NCBI GenBank assembly: GCA_965240325.2
Contig: OZ251231.1
Location: forward strand, 1-64,000
Direction of reading: 5' to 3'
Length of the DNA: 64,000 bases
DNA from: Rebecca billardiae RCC1528
Lineage: Eukaryota; Protista; Haptophyta
Shown here: piece after piece, positions 13,801 through 25,300 of the stretch
How positions within the stretch are numbered: position 1 is the first letter of the stretch
Layout of the letters: each line of letters starts with the position of its first letter
The notes under the pieces: model-generated
What the model saw: the letters and a program-made list of their open reading frames with translations, nothing else
The model's database searches: none
Told to the model about the DNA's origin: nothing
Program-made: the position numbers and the translations under genes

Positions 13801-16800
13801 CGAGCCAATGTAGGGCTTCTGGCTGACGCTCCGCCCTGGTTCCAGCCCGTACGAGTCCTGTGGGGCATCACCGGCCAGCCACCGAGCTGACTCTCGCACC
13901 GACTCGCCGTCAGACGGTCACCGCTGCTGATCCGAGTTCGCCGCTCGAGCCTGGCGTATGCAGCAGGGCCAGTCGGCCAGCTGATACTGCGAAGGTCGAG
14001 CCAATGTAGGGCATCTGGCTGACGCTCCGCCCTGGTTCCAGCCCGTACGAGTCCTCTGGGGCATCACCGGCCAGCCACCGAGCTGACTCTAGCACCGACT
14101 CGCCGTCAGACGGTCACCGCTGCTGATCCGAGATCGCACGGCTAGAGCCTGGCGTATGCAGCAGGGCCAGTCGGCCAGCTGGTACTGCGAAAGTCGAGCC
14201 AATGTAGGGCTTCTGGCTGACGCTCAGCCCTGGTTCCAGCCCGTACGAGTCCTCTGGGGCATCACCGGCCAGCCACCGAGCTGACTCTAGCACCGACTCG
14301 CAGTCAGACGGTCACCGCTGCTGATCCGAGATAGCACTGCTAGAGCCGGGCGTATGCAGCAGGGCCAGTCGGCCTCTGATACTGCGAAAGTCGAGCCAAT
14401 GTAGGGCTTCTGGCTGACGCTCCGCCCTGGTTCCAGCCCGTACGAGTCCTCTGGGGCATCACCTGCCAGCCACCGAGCTGACTCTAGCACCGACTCGCCG
14501 TCAGACGGTCACCGCTGCTGATCCGAGGTCGCAGCTCGAGCCGGGCGTATGCAGCAGGGCCAGTCGGCCAGCTGATACTGCGAAAGTCGAGCCAATGTAG
14601 GGCATCTGGCCGACGCTCCGCCCTGGTTCCAGCCCGTACGAGTCCTCTGGGGCATCACCGGCCAGCCACCGAGCTGACTCTAGCACCGACTCGCCGTCAG
14701 ACGGTCACCGCTGCTGATCCGAGATCGCACGGCTAGAGCCGGGCGTATGCAGCAGGGCCAGTCGGCCAGCTGATACTGCGAAAGTCGAGCCAATGTAGGG
14801 CTTCTGGCTGACGCTCCGCCCTGGTTCCAGCCCGTACGAGTCCTCTGTAGCATCATCGGCCAGCCACCGAGCTGACTCTCGGGTAAACTGGCCGTCAGAC
14901 GGTCACCGCTGCTGATCCGAGGTCGCAGCTCGAGCCGGGCCGTACGTGCAGCACTGCCAGTGGGCCAGCTGATACTGCGAAAGTCAAGCCAATGTAGGGC
15001 TTCTGGCTGACGCTCCGCCCTGGTTCCAGCCCGTACGAGTCCTGTGGGGCATCACCGGCCAGCCACCGAGCTGACTCTCGCACCGACTCGCCGTCAGACG
15101 GTCACCGCTGCTGATCCGAGATCGCCGCTCGAGCAGGGCGTATGCAGCAGGGCCAGTCGGCCAGCTGATACTGCGAAGGTCGAGCCAATGTAGGGCATCT
15201 GGCTGACGCTCCGCCCTGGTTCCAGCCCGTACGAGTCCTCTGGGGCATCACCGGCCAGCCACCGAGCTGACTCTAGCACCGACTCGCCGTCAGACGGCCA
15301 CCGCTGCTGATCCGAGATCGCCGCTCGAGCCGGGTGCATGCAGTAGGGCCAGTCGGCCAGCTTGTACTGCGAAAGTCGAGCCAATGTAGGGCTTCTGGCT
15401 GACGCTCCGCCCTGGTTCCAGCCCGTACGAGTCCTCTGGGGCATCACCGGCCAGCCACCGAGCTGACTCTAGCACCGACTCGCCGTCAGACGGCCACCGC
15501 TGCTGATCCGAGATCGCCGCTCGAGCCGGGTGCATGCAGTAGGGCCAGTCGGCCAGCTGATACTGCGAAAGTCGAGCCAATGTAGGGCTTCTGGCTGACG
15601 CTCCGCTCTGGTTCCAGCCCGTACGAGTCCTCTGGGGCATCACCGGCCAGCCACCGAGCTGACTCTAGCACCGACTCGCCGTCAGACGGTCACCGCTGCT
15701 GATCCGAGATCGCACGGCTAGAGCCGGGCGTATGCAGCAGGGCCAGTCGGCCAGCTGATACTGCGAAAGTCGAGCCAATGTAGGGCTTCTGGCTGACGCT
15801 CCGCCCTGGTTCCAGCCCGTACGAGTCCTCTGGGGCATCACCGGCCAGCCACCGAGCTGACCCTCGCGCGAACTGGCCGTCAGACGGTCACCGCTGCTGA
15901 TCCGAGATCGCAGCTCGAGCCGGGCGTATGCAGCAGGGCCAGTCGGCCAGCTGATACTGCGAAAGTCGAGCCAATGTAGGGCTTCTGGCTGACGCTCCGC
16001 CCTGGTTCCAGCCCGTACGAGTCCTCTGGGGCATCACCGGCCAGCCACCGAGCTGACTCTAGCACCGACTCGCCGTCAGACGGTCACCGCTGCTGATCCG
16101 AGATCGCACGGCTAGAGCCGGGCGTATGCAGCAGGGCCAGTCGGCCAGCTGATACTGCGAAAGTCGAGCCAATGTAGGGCTTCTGGCTGACGCTCCGCCC
16201 TGGTTCCAGCCCGTACGAGTCCTCTGGGGCATCACCGGCCAGCCACCGAGCTGACTCTCGGGCAAACTGGCCGTCAGACGGTCACCGCTGCTGATCCGAG
16301 GTCGCCGCTCGAGCCGGGCGTATGCAGCAGGGCCAGTCGGCCAGCTGATACTGCGAAAGTCGAGCCAATGTAGGGCTTCTGGCTGACGCTCCGCCCTGGT
16401 TCCAGCCCGTACGAGTCCTCTGTAGCATCACCGGCCAGCCACCGAGCTGACTCTAGCACCGACTCGCCGTCAGACGGTCACCGCTGCTGATCCGAGATCG
16501 CACGGCTAGAGCCGGGCGTATGCAGCAGGGCCAGTCGGCCAGCTGATACTGCGAAAGTCGAGCCAATGTAGGGCTTCTGGCTGACGATCCGCCCTGGTTC
16601 CAGCCCGTACGAGTCCTCTGGGGCATCACCGGCCAGCCACCGAGCTGACCCTCGCGCGAACTGGCCGTCAGACGGTCACCGCTGCTGATCCGAGATCGCA
16701 GCTCGAGCCGGGCGTATGCAGCAGGGCCAGTCGGCCAGGTGATACTGCGAAAGTCGAGCCAATGTAGGGCTTCTGGCTGACGCTCCGCCCTGGTTCCAGC

Positions 16801-18338
16801 CCGTACGAGTCCTCTGGGGCATCACCAGCCAGCCACCGAGCTGACCCTCGCGCGAACTGGCCGCCAGACGGTCACCGCTGCTGATCCGAGATCGCAGCTC
16901 GAGCCGGGCGTATGCAGCAGGGCCAGTCGGCCAGCTGATACTGCGAAAGTCGAGCCAATGTAGGGCTTCTGGCTGACGCTCAGCCCTGGTTCCAGCCCGT
17001 ACGAGTCCTCTGTAGCATCATCGGCCAGCCACCGAGCTGACTCTCGGGTAAACGACTGGCCGTCAGACGGTCACCGCTGCTGATCCGAGGTCGCAGATCG
17101 AGCCGGGCCGTACGTGCAGCACTGCCAGTGGGCCAGCTGATACTGCGAAAGTCGAGCCAATGTAGGGCTTCTGGCTGACGCTCCGCCCTGATTCCAGCCC
17201 GTACGAGTCCTCTGGGGCATCACCGGCCAGCCACCGAGCTGACCCTCGCGCGAACTGGCCGTCAGACGGTCACCGCTGCTGATCCGAGGTCGCCGCTCGA
17301 GCCGGGCGTATGCAGCAGGGCCAGTCGGCCAGCTGATACTGCGAAAGTCGAGCCAATGTAGGGCTTCTGGCTGACGCTCCGCCCTGGTTCCAGCCCGTAC
17401 GAGTCCTCTGGGGCATCACCGGCCAGCCACCGAGCTGACTCTAGCACCGACTCGCCGTCAGACGGTCACCGCTGCTGATCCGAGATCGCACGGCTAGAGC
17501 CGGGCGTATGCAGCAGGGCCAGTCGGCCAGCTGATACTGCGAAAGTCGAGCCAATGTAGGGCTTCTGGCTGACGCTCCGCCCTGGTTCCAGCCCGTACGA
17601 GTCCTCTGGGGCATCACCGGCCAGCCACCGAGCTGACCCTCGCGCGAACTGGCCGTCAGACGGTCACCGCTGCTGATCCGAGATCGCAGCTCGAGCCGGG
17701 CGTATGCAGCAGGGCCAGTCGGCCAGCTGATATTGCGAAAGTCGAGCCAATGTAGGGCTTCTGGCTGACGCTCCGCCCTGGTTCCAGCCCGTACGAGTCC
17801 TCTGGGGCATCACCAGCCAGCCACCGAGCTGACTCTCGCGCGAACTGGCCGTCAGACGGTCACCGCCGCTGATCCGAGATCGCAGCTCGAGCCGGGCGTA
17901 TGCAGCAGGGCCAGTCGGCCAGCTGATACTGCGAAAGTCGAGCCAATGTAGCAGGGCTTCTGGCTGACGATCCGCCCTGGTTCCAGCCCGTACGAGTCCT
18001 CTGGGGCATCACCAGCCAGCCACCGAGCTGACTCTCGCGCGAACTGGCCGTCAGACGGTCACCGCTGCTGATCCGAGATCGCAGCTCGAGCCTGGCTGTA
18101 TGCAGCAGGGCCAGTCGGCCAGCTGATACTGCGAAAGTCGAGCCAATGTAGGGCTTCTGGCTGACGCTCCGCCCTGGTTCCAGCCCGTACGAGTCCTCTG
18201 GGGCATCACCTGCCAGCCACCGAGCTGACTCTCGCGCGAACTGGCCGTCAGACGGTCACCGCCGCTGATCCGAGATCGCAGCTCGAGCCGGGCCGTACGT
18301 GCAGCACTGCCAGTTGGCCAGCTGATACTGCGAAAGTC
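1847..18338. repeat. Subtelomeric satellite A, monomer 196-199 bp, ~84 copies, with a ~3.35-kb (17-mer) higher-order repeat
   Basis: The unit GTCAGACGGTCACCGCTGCTGATCCGAGATCG...GCTGATACTGCGAAAGTCGAGCCAATGTAGGGC...CTAGCACCGACTCGCC recurs every 196/198 bp. The diagnostic variant GCCGTACGTGCAGCACTGCCAGT occurs at ~3712, 7060, 10410, 14939, 17106 and 18292. Confidence 0.98.
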
Positions 18339-18959
18339 TTAGAGGCGCGACGAAACTTTGCGCCCGGGGAAATACAGTTTTTCGCGTGCGCGAGGTGAGT
18401 GGACTCCCCCATATTGGCATATCATCACGATTGTATGTGGACGAATCAGAGCAGCCCAGCAGCCGGGCTGGTATTTTGATGCTGATGATGATATGTCCTC
18501 GGCATAGTATCGTTATTCATCATCTCGAGACGGTTGACATGAGTACTGAGACTACCAATGCATGAGTACCATCCGCACTGATCCATCCGCCGATCAAGCC
18601 GTCGCCGACGCACAGCTGCTTATGGTGATGGCTGTGATGAGGGCGTTGACGAATAATCTGACGAATAACGCAGCGCAGGTCATCTGCGTATTTATGTCCC
18701 AGGCGGTGTCCGGATTCAAGACGTAGTATCTCCTCGTCGCCGTCTTCTAATCACAACGAGACCCGCGCTATGCGGTCACCACCTCGACGCGCCGCAATTG
18801 GGATCAGACCTACTGGCAGCTTCGCCGGCGGGGCGATAAGCACGGTTCGGATTCCCGGGCCCTTACTCATTCTACTATGATTCAAAGACACAGGCACGAG
18901 GGCGCAGCTCTCCTGATTACTATGACGGGCGTGCTCGGACGAAACTTCCACTCGAGTGG

Positions 18960-20123
18960 GGAAAAGGCCTCATCGCCGCACGCCTGCAGAACCCACCGCC
19001 GGCAGCGGCCCAGCGCGCGCCGTCGCGCGAGCAGACGGCGCTGACCGCCAGGATGAACGAGGCGTGAGCGCACGCGGGGGCGCAAGCGCTCGCCGCCGTC
19101 GAGTCGGAGGTGCAGTTCGTCCGCGCGTGCGCTGGCTTCGTCACCGTGTACCAGGCGGAGAGCCCGGCGGGCGCCTCGCGCCTTCATGTGACGAGTGCCG
19201 ACGAGCGGTGGCAGTTGCGAACGCGCGGCGAGGCGAAGTGGGACCGGCTGCGCGACGCGATGCACGCTGCTGGAGCGCTCGAGAGCACACTGCTGCGGCT
19301 CTTCAAACCGCGCGGGGGAGAGATGCCGATCTCGCAGCCGACACACGTCCTGTCGCTGGCTGTCTGCCTTGCAAAGGTGACCGCACTGGAGGGTGTGCAC
19401 GCGGCCGACACCGCTCTCTGCGTGATCAAGGCTCACGCGATGCGCAGCGGCGGCCCGCTGACGGAGCTGGCGTCAACCAACGCGCGCGCCGAGCTGCAGC
19501 TGGCGGCGCGGACACTGGACCACCCGCGCACCGATGGCCCGGGCACGAGCTCGGTGACGCAGTCGCAGCCGACCGCGCCTGGCCAGCAGCAGGTGGCTGG
19601 GCCTCTGGCCGGCTCTGGCGATGGGCCCGGGTCTCTGGTGGCGGGGATCGGCGCCGCCGCGGCCTCGACCAAGCCGAACGTTGTGCTCGCAGGAGGCAGC
19701 CAGCCTGCGTGCGTGTCGCACATGCTGCGGTGCAGCACGACGCCCGCAGCGCGCCAAGTTGCGCGCGAGCTGGCCGCAGGTGGGGCGCTGACCCGCGCGC
19801 ACAGGGCGGCCCTCGGCGGCAAAGTGGTCGTCGTCACGTGCAGGTGGGAATGGCGGGCCGAGCTCGATCGCGACGAGACCGCCAAGCTGTACCACATCTC
19901 TGTGATCGGAGGCAGAGAGGGCGGCAGCGGCGGTGAGGGCAGCGGGCGGGCGGGGGGCGACGCCCCGGGCCACGCCATCGCCGCTCGCCATCGCCGCCGC
20001 CATTCGCCGACGAAAAAAAAGGAAATCGGCAACACCAAAATTGGAAATCCGCAGGAGCAGGACGATAGGATTTCCATCGAAATTCGAAATTGTGAATATT
20101 GGCCGCGGCGAGCCCAAGGCTGA
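18960..20123 (+). pseudogene. Possible decayed gene or element ORF of unknown family (337-aa ORF 19110-20123 plus an upstream in-frame segment cut off by a stop)
   Basis: Protein-like text (ERWQLRTRGEAKWDRLRDAMHAAGALESTLLRLFKP; KVVVVTCRWEWRAELDRDETAKLYHISVIG). The same frame reads ...EQTALTARMNEA*AHAGAQALAAVESEVQFVRAC, with one TGA near 19065. No domain recognised. Confidence 0.35.
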
Positions 20124-20899
20124 TGAGGTCATATCATAGAATGGGTCACGGGCTGAGCCTAGGTCGCTGAGCTCGCTGGGACTGGGTGGCGGCTGTCACG
20201 CCCCGCGCCGCGCGAGCGCGCGGCGCGCTCGCACGTGAGTGCACCGCTCGCCCGAGCGGCGGCGGCGGCACGCGCGCGCTGCCGCTGCTCGGGTGCGCCA
20301 AGCGGCCACTGCAACCTAGGCGTCAGCTGGAGGCGGCCACCGCCCGACCGCCGTCCGAGCTGACCGGCCGGCCGGCTGGGTGCCACGGCACGCAGAGCGG
20401 CTGCAGCGCAAGCGCGGCGGCGGCAGGCGCAAGGGGCGCGCGGGCACCAGCATCCGCGCCCAAGCTACCCACGCTGCCGCGCTGCCGGGCACTGGCTCGC
20501 GGGCGCACCCAGCGCTCGTCGCCGCTCGGTGTAGCCCCGCTGCCGAGCGTGGACGGGTCGGCCGCTCGGCTGCCGACCTACCGCGCGGCAGCGTTGGGTG
20601 AGGCGAGGAGCGGAGGTCCGCGCGAAGAGGCGCGCGCACGCGCAACGCGAGCGCTCGCTCGCGCACCGCCGCCTCCAGCGCGGCCCGAGGCGATGCCTCG
20701 CACGCTGGCCACCGCCGCCGCACCCGCTGCGCTGGCTGGCGCCCCCGGACGCCGGCTGTGACGTCTCGGCCGGCCGGGCAGCATGGTGGGCACGTGAGGA
20801 GAGCGAGGGCGCGCGTGCGCGCCGCGCGCGGCGCGTACGCGCTAACCGCGCGATCCACGCACACTGAGGGCATGCGCGCGGCGCCCTCACCACCGCCGC

Positions 20900-22135
20900 C
20901 GGCGCCGGTGGCGGCGGAAGGCTTGCACCTTGCTCTGCGCATTCAGTCATGAGGCTGTCGAAATAAGGCTCAAGGGTGGGGGCTGCCGCCCCCACACCCC
21001 CGCTTTTTCTTCCATGGGGGCTGCCGCCCCCACACCCCCGCTTTGGACCGCCTCCGAACGCTCGTTCAGCCCGCTCACTGCCGGCGGCGGGCGCGGCGCG
21101 CGGGAGCAGCTCGGTGGCAGCCATCGTCGCCGGCGGCAATTTTTGGCGGTGGCATGGAAAAAACAAGTAGTCGTAGTATTCAAAAACCAATATTCGGACA
21201 GATTCGCCCGGTGAAACGGCCGCGCGCTGGACTGAGGCTCTGCTGCCGCCGCGCCATGGCGGCCGGCCCGCCCAGCGTCGTGGCTGGGCGACTCTGGAGG
21301 GTGAGAGCGGCGGAACGGCATATGAGAAGGGTCGGAAGAAGCTATCAGGCGACTCAGTGGGGCATGCTGGTCACGTCAGGCAGCTTTGTTGCCGCGCCCC
21401 CGACCCGCTCGCCACCTGCACTGTTGTTGGGCGCCGGTCGGGTCTGCAGCCGTGCGCCGAAGTAAACTGGTGGTCGTAAGGCTGAAGGGGGGGGCTGCCG
21501 CCGCCATACAGCCGCTCTTTATCTTGCGGGGCTGCCGCCTTCACACGCCCGCACGCTCTTTCGGCCGCCTCCGCACGCTCGGTCAGCCCGCTCACCGCCA
21601 GCGCCGGTGGTGGCAGAAGGCTTGCACCATGCTCTGCGCATTCAGTCATGAGGCCGTCGAAATAGGGCTCTAGGGTGGGGGCTGCCGCCCCCACACCCCC
21701 GCTTTTTCGTCCGTGGGGGCTGCCGCCCCCACACCCCCGCTTTGGACCGCCTCCGAACGCTCGTTCAGCCCGCTCACTGCCGGCGGCGCTGGCGGCGGGC
21801 GCGGCGCGGCGCGCGGGAGCAGCTCGGCCGCCATGGCAGCCGTCGTCGCCGGCGGCAGTTTTTGGCGTGGCATGGAAAAAACAAGTAGTCGTAGTATTCA
21901 AAAACCAATATTCAGATTCGCCCGGTGAAACGGCCGCGCGCTGGACTGAGGCTCTGCTGCCGCCGCGCCATGGCGGCCGGCCCGCCCAGCGTCGTGGCTG
22001 GGCGACTCTGGAGGGTGAGAGCGGCGGAACGGCATATGAGAAGGGTCGGAAGAAGCTATCAGGCGACTCAGTGGGGCATGCTGGTCACGTCAGGCAGCTT
22101 TGTTGCCGCGCCCCCGACCCGCTCGCCACCTGCAC
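20900..22135. repeat. Direct duplication of a ~520-bp module (copy 1 ~20900-21421, copy 2 ~21600-22135), with a degenerate partial copy between them (~21476-21600)
   Basis: Both copies run GAAGGCTTGCACC...GGGGGCTGCCGCCCCCACACCCCCGC (x2)...ATGGAAAAAACAAGTAGTCGTAGTATTCAAAAACCAATATTC...GCTCGCCACCTGCAC and are nearly identical. Confidence 0.95.
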
Positions 22136-22318
22136 GGTTGACGTGAGCCGGTCGGAGGCCCGGTCGGGCTCCGCCCGCCCACGCGACGAGCCAAGACTCG
22201 AGATCGGCATATGAGACTGCCGCCAAATAAATTGGGGAGGGGTCCTCATACCTTGCCCATCACGACTAGCCGAGTGCGCGCGTGGCCCCGTGATTTTGGG
22301 GAGTGGGCACCTCTTATA

Positions 22319-25300
22319 CAGGCCCGTATCTGCCCGCCCGCGCCGAATGGGCCAATTGCAGTGTGAACGGGTGGCGGCGCACTGCGGAGGGCCTCCGACA
22401 GGGACTTAGGCACCCGCCGACGTGCGCGCAGGCGAGCACTCGGCCTAGGCGCCGCTGAGCCGTCGAAAGGCACCGCTCTGGTCGACCTGTGCGCCAGGTC
22501 CCAGGCCCGTATCTGCCCGCCCGCGCCGAATGGGCCAATTGCAGTGTGAACTGGTGGCGGCGCACTGCGGAGGGCCTCCGACAGGGACTTAGGCACCCGC
22601 CGACGTGCGCGCAGGCAAGCACTCGGCCTAGGCGCCGCTGAGCCGTCGAAAGGCACCGCTCTGCTCGACATGTGCGCCAGGTCCCAGGCCCGTATCTGCC
22701 CGCCCGCGCTGAATGGGCCAATTGCAGTGTGAACTGGTGGCGGCGCACTGCGGAGGGCCTCCGACAGGGAGTTAGGCACCCGCCGACGTGCGCGCAGGCG
22801 AGCACTCGGCCTAGGCGCCGCTGAGCCGTCGAAAGGCACCGCTCTGCTCGACATGTGCGCCAGGTCCCAGGCCCGTATCTGCCCGCCCGCGCCGAATGGG
22901 CCAATTGCAGTGTGAACTGGTGGCTGCGCACTGCGGAGGGCCTCCGACAGGGCGTGCGGCACCCGCCGACGTGCGCGCAGGCAGGCACTCGGCCTAGGCG
23001 CCGCTGAGCCGTCGAAAGGCACCGCTCTGGTCGACCTGTGCGCCAGGTCCCAGGCCCGTATCTGCCCGCCCGCGCCGAATGGGCCAATTGCCGTGTGAAC
23101 TGGTGGCGGCGCACTGCGGAGGGCCTCCGACAGGGAGTTAGGCACCCGCCGACGTGCGCGCAGGCAAGCACTCGGCCTAGGCGCCGCTGAGCCGTCGAAA
23201 GGCACCGCTCTGCTCGACCTGTGCGCCAGGTCCCAGGCCCGTATCTGCCCGCCCGCGCCGAATGGGCCAATTGCAGTGTGAATGGGTGGCGGCGCACTGC
23301 GGAGGGCCTCCGACAGGGACTTAGGCACCCGCCGACGTGCGCGCAGGCAAGCACTCGGCCTAGGCGCCGCTGAGCCGTCGAAAGGCACCGCTCTGCTCGA
23401 CATGTGCGCCAGGTCCCAGGCCCGTATCTGCCCGCCCGCGCCGAATGGGCCAATTGCAGTGTGAACGGGTGGCGGCGCACTGCGGAGGGCCTCCGACAGG
23501 GACTTAGGCACCCGCCGACGTGCGCGCAGGCGAGCACTCGGCCTAGGCGCCGCTGAGCCGTCGAAAGGCACCGCTCTGGTCGACCTGTGCGCCAGGTCCC
23601 AGGCCCGTATCTGCCCGCCCGCGCCGAATGGGCCAATTGCAGTGTGAACTGGTGGCGGCGCACTGCGGAGGGCCTCCGACAGGGACTTAGGCACCCGCCG
23701 ACGTGCGCGCAGGCAAGCACTCGGCCTAGGCGCCGCTGAGCCGTCGAAAGGCACCGCTCTGCTCGACATGTGCGCCAGGTCCCAGGCCCGTATCTGCCCG
23801 CCCGCGCCGAATGGGCCAATTGCAGTGTGAACTGGTGGCGGCGCACTGCGGAGGGCCTCCGACAGGGAGTTAGGCACCCGCCGACGTGCGCGCAGGCAAG
23901 CACTCGGCCTAGGCGCCGCTGAGCCGTCGAAAGGCACCGCTCTGCTCGACATGTGCGCGAAGTGCCACGCCCGTACCTGCCCGCCCGCGCCGAATGGGCC
24001 AATTGCAGTGTGAACGGGTGGCTGCGCACTGCGGAGGGCCTCCGACAGGGAGTTAGGCACCCGCCGACGTGCGCGCAGGCAAGCACTCGGCCTGAGCCGT
24101 CGAAAGGCACCGCTCTGGTCGACATGTGCGCCAGGTCCCAGGCCCGTATCTGCCCGCCCGCGCCGAATGGGCCAATTGCAGTGTGAACTGGTGGCGGCGC
24201 ACTGCGGAGGGCCTCCGACAGGGACTTAGGCACCCGCCGACGTGCGCGCAGGCAAGCACTCGGCCTAGGCGCCGCTGAGCCGTCGAAAGGCACCGCTCTG
24301 CTCGACATGTGCGCCAGGTCCCAGGCCCGTATCTGCCCGCCCGCGCCGAATGGGCCAATTGCAGTGTGAACTGGTGGCGGCGCACTGCGGAGGGCCTCCG
24401 ACAGGGAGTTAGGCACCCGCCGACGTGCGCGCAGGCAAGCACTCTGCCTAGGCGCCGCTGAGCCGTCGAAAGGCACCGCTCTGCTCGACATGTGCGCCAG
24501 GTCCCAGGCCCGTATCTGCCCGCCCGCGCCGAATGGGCCAATTGCAGTGTGAACGGGTGGCGGCGCACTGCGGAGGGCCTCCGACAGGGAGTTAGGCACC
24601 CGCCGACGTGCGCGCAGGCAAGCACTCGGCCTAGGCGCCGCTGAGCCGTCGAAAGGCACCGCTCTGGTCGACCTGTGCGCCAGGTCCCAGGCCCGTATCT
24701 GCCCGCCCGCGCCGAATGGGCCAATTGCAGTGTGAACGGGTGGCGGCGCACTGCGGAGGGCCTCCGACAGGGACTTAGGCACCCGCCGACGTGCGCGCAG
24801 GCAAGCACTCGGCCTAGGCGCCGGTGAGCCGTCGAAAGGCACCGCTCTGCTCGACATGTGCGCCAGGTCCCAGGCCCGTATCTGCCCGCCCGCGCTGAAT
24901 GGGCCAATTGCAGTGTGAATGGGTGGCTGCGCACTGCGGAGGGCCTCCGACAGGGAGTTAGGCACCCGCCGACGTGCGCGCAGGCGAGCACTCGGCCTAG
25001 GCGCCGCTGAGCCGTCGAAAGGCACCGCTCTAGCCGACATGTGCGCGAAGTGCCACGCCCGTATCTGCCCGCCCGCGCCGAATGGGCCAATTGCAGTGTG
25101 AATGGGTGGCTGCGCACTGCGGAGGGCCGCCGACAGGGAGTGCGGCACCCGCCGACGTGCGCGCAGGCGAGCACTCGGCCTAGGCGCCGCTGAGCCGTCG
25201 AAAGGCACCGCTCTGGTCGACCTGTGCGCCAGGTCCCAGGCCCGTATCTGCCCGCCCGCGCCGAATGGGCCAATTGCAGTGTGAACTGGTGGCGGCGCAC

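Noticed and set aside
1536-17447. Dozens of 61-123-aa minus-strand ORFs (MLESARWLAGDAPEDSYG...) and the VRVRVR ORF
   Set aside because: Translations of satellite A monomers and the telomere. Monomer lengths of 196-199 bp shift frame constantly and most starts are GTG, so there is no coding signal.
18911-18965. Penelope-type minimal hammerhead (CTGATTA..CGAAAC followed by the near-palindrome TTCCACTCGAGTGGGGAA)
   Set aside because: No intact CUGANGA core and no correctly placed NUH cleavage triplet.
20900-22135. LTR pair of a TRIM/retrozyme
   Set aside because: No TG...CA termini, PBS, PPT or target-site duplication recognised. The intervening DNA is itself a degenerate partial copy, which favours tandem duplication. 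GTCATGAGGCCGTCGAAA is not a valid hammerhead core.
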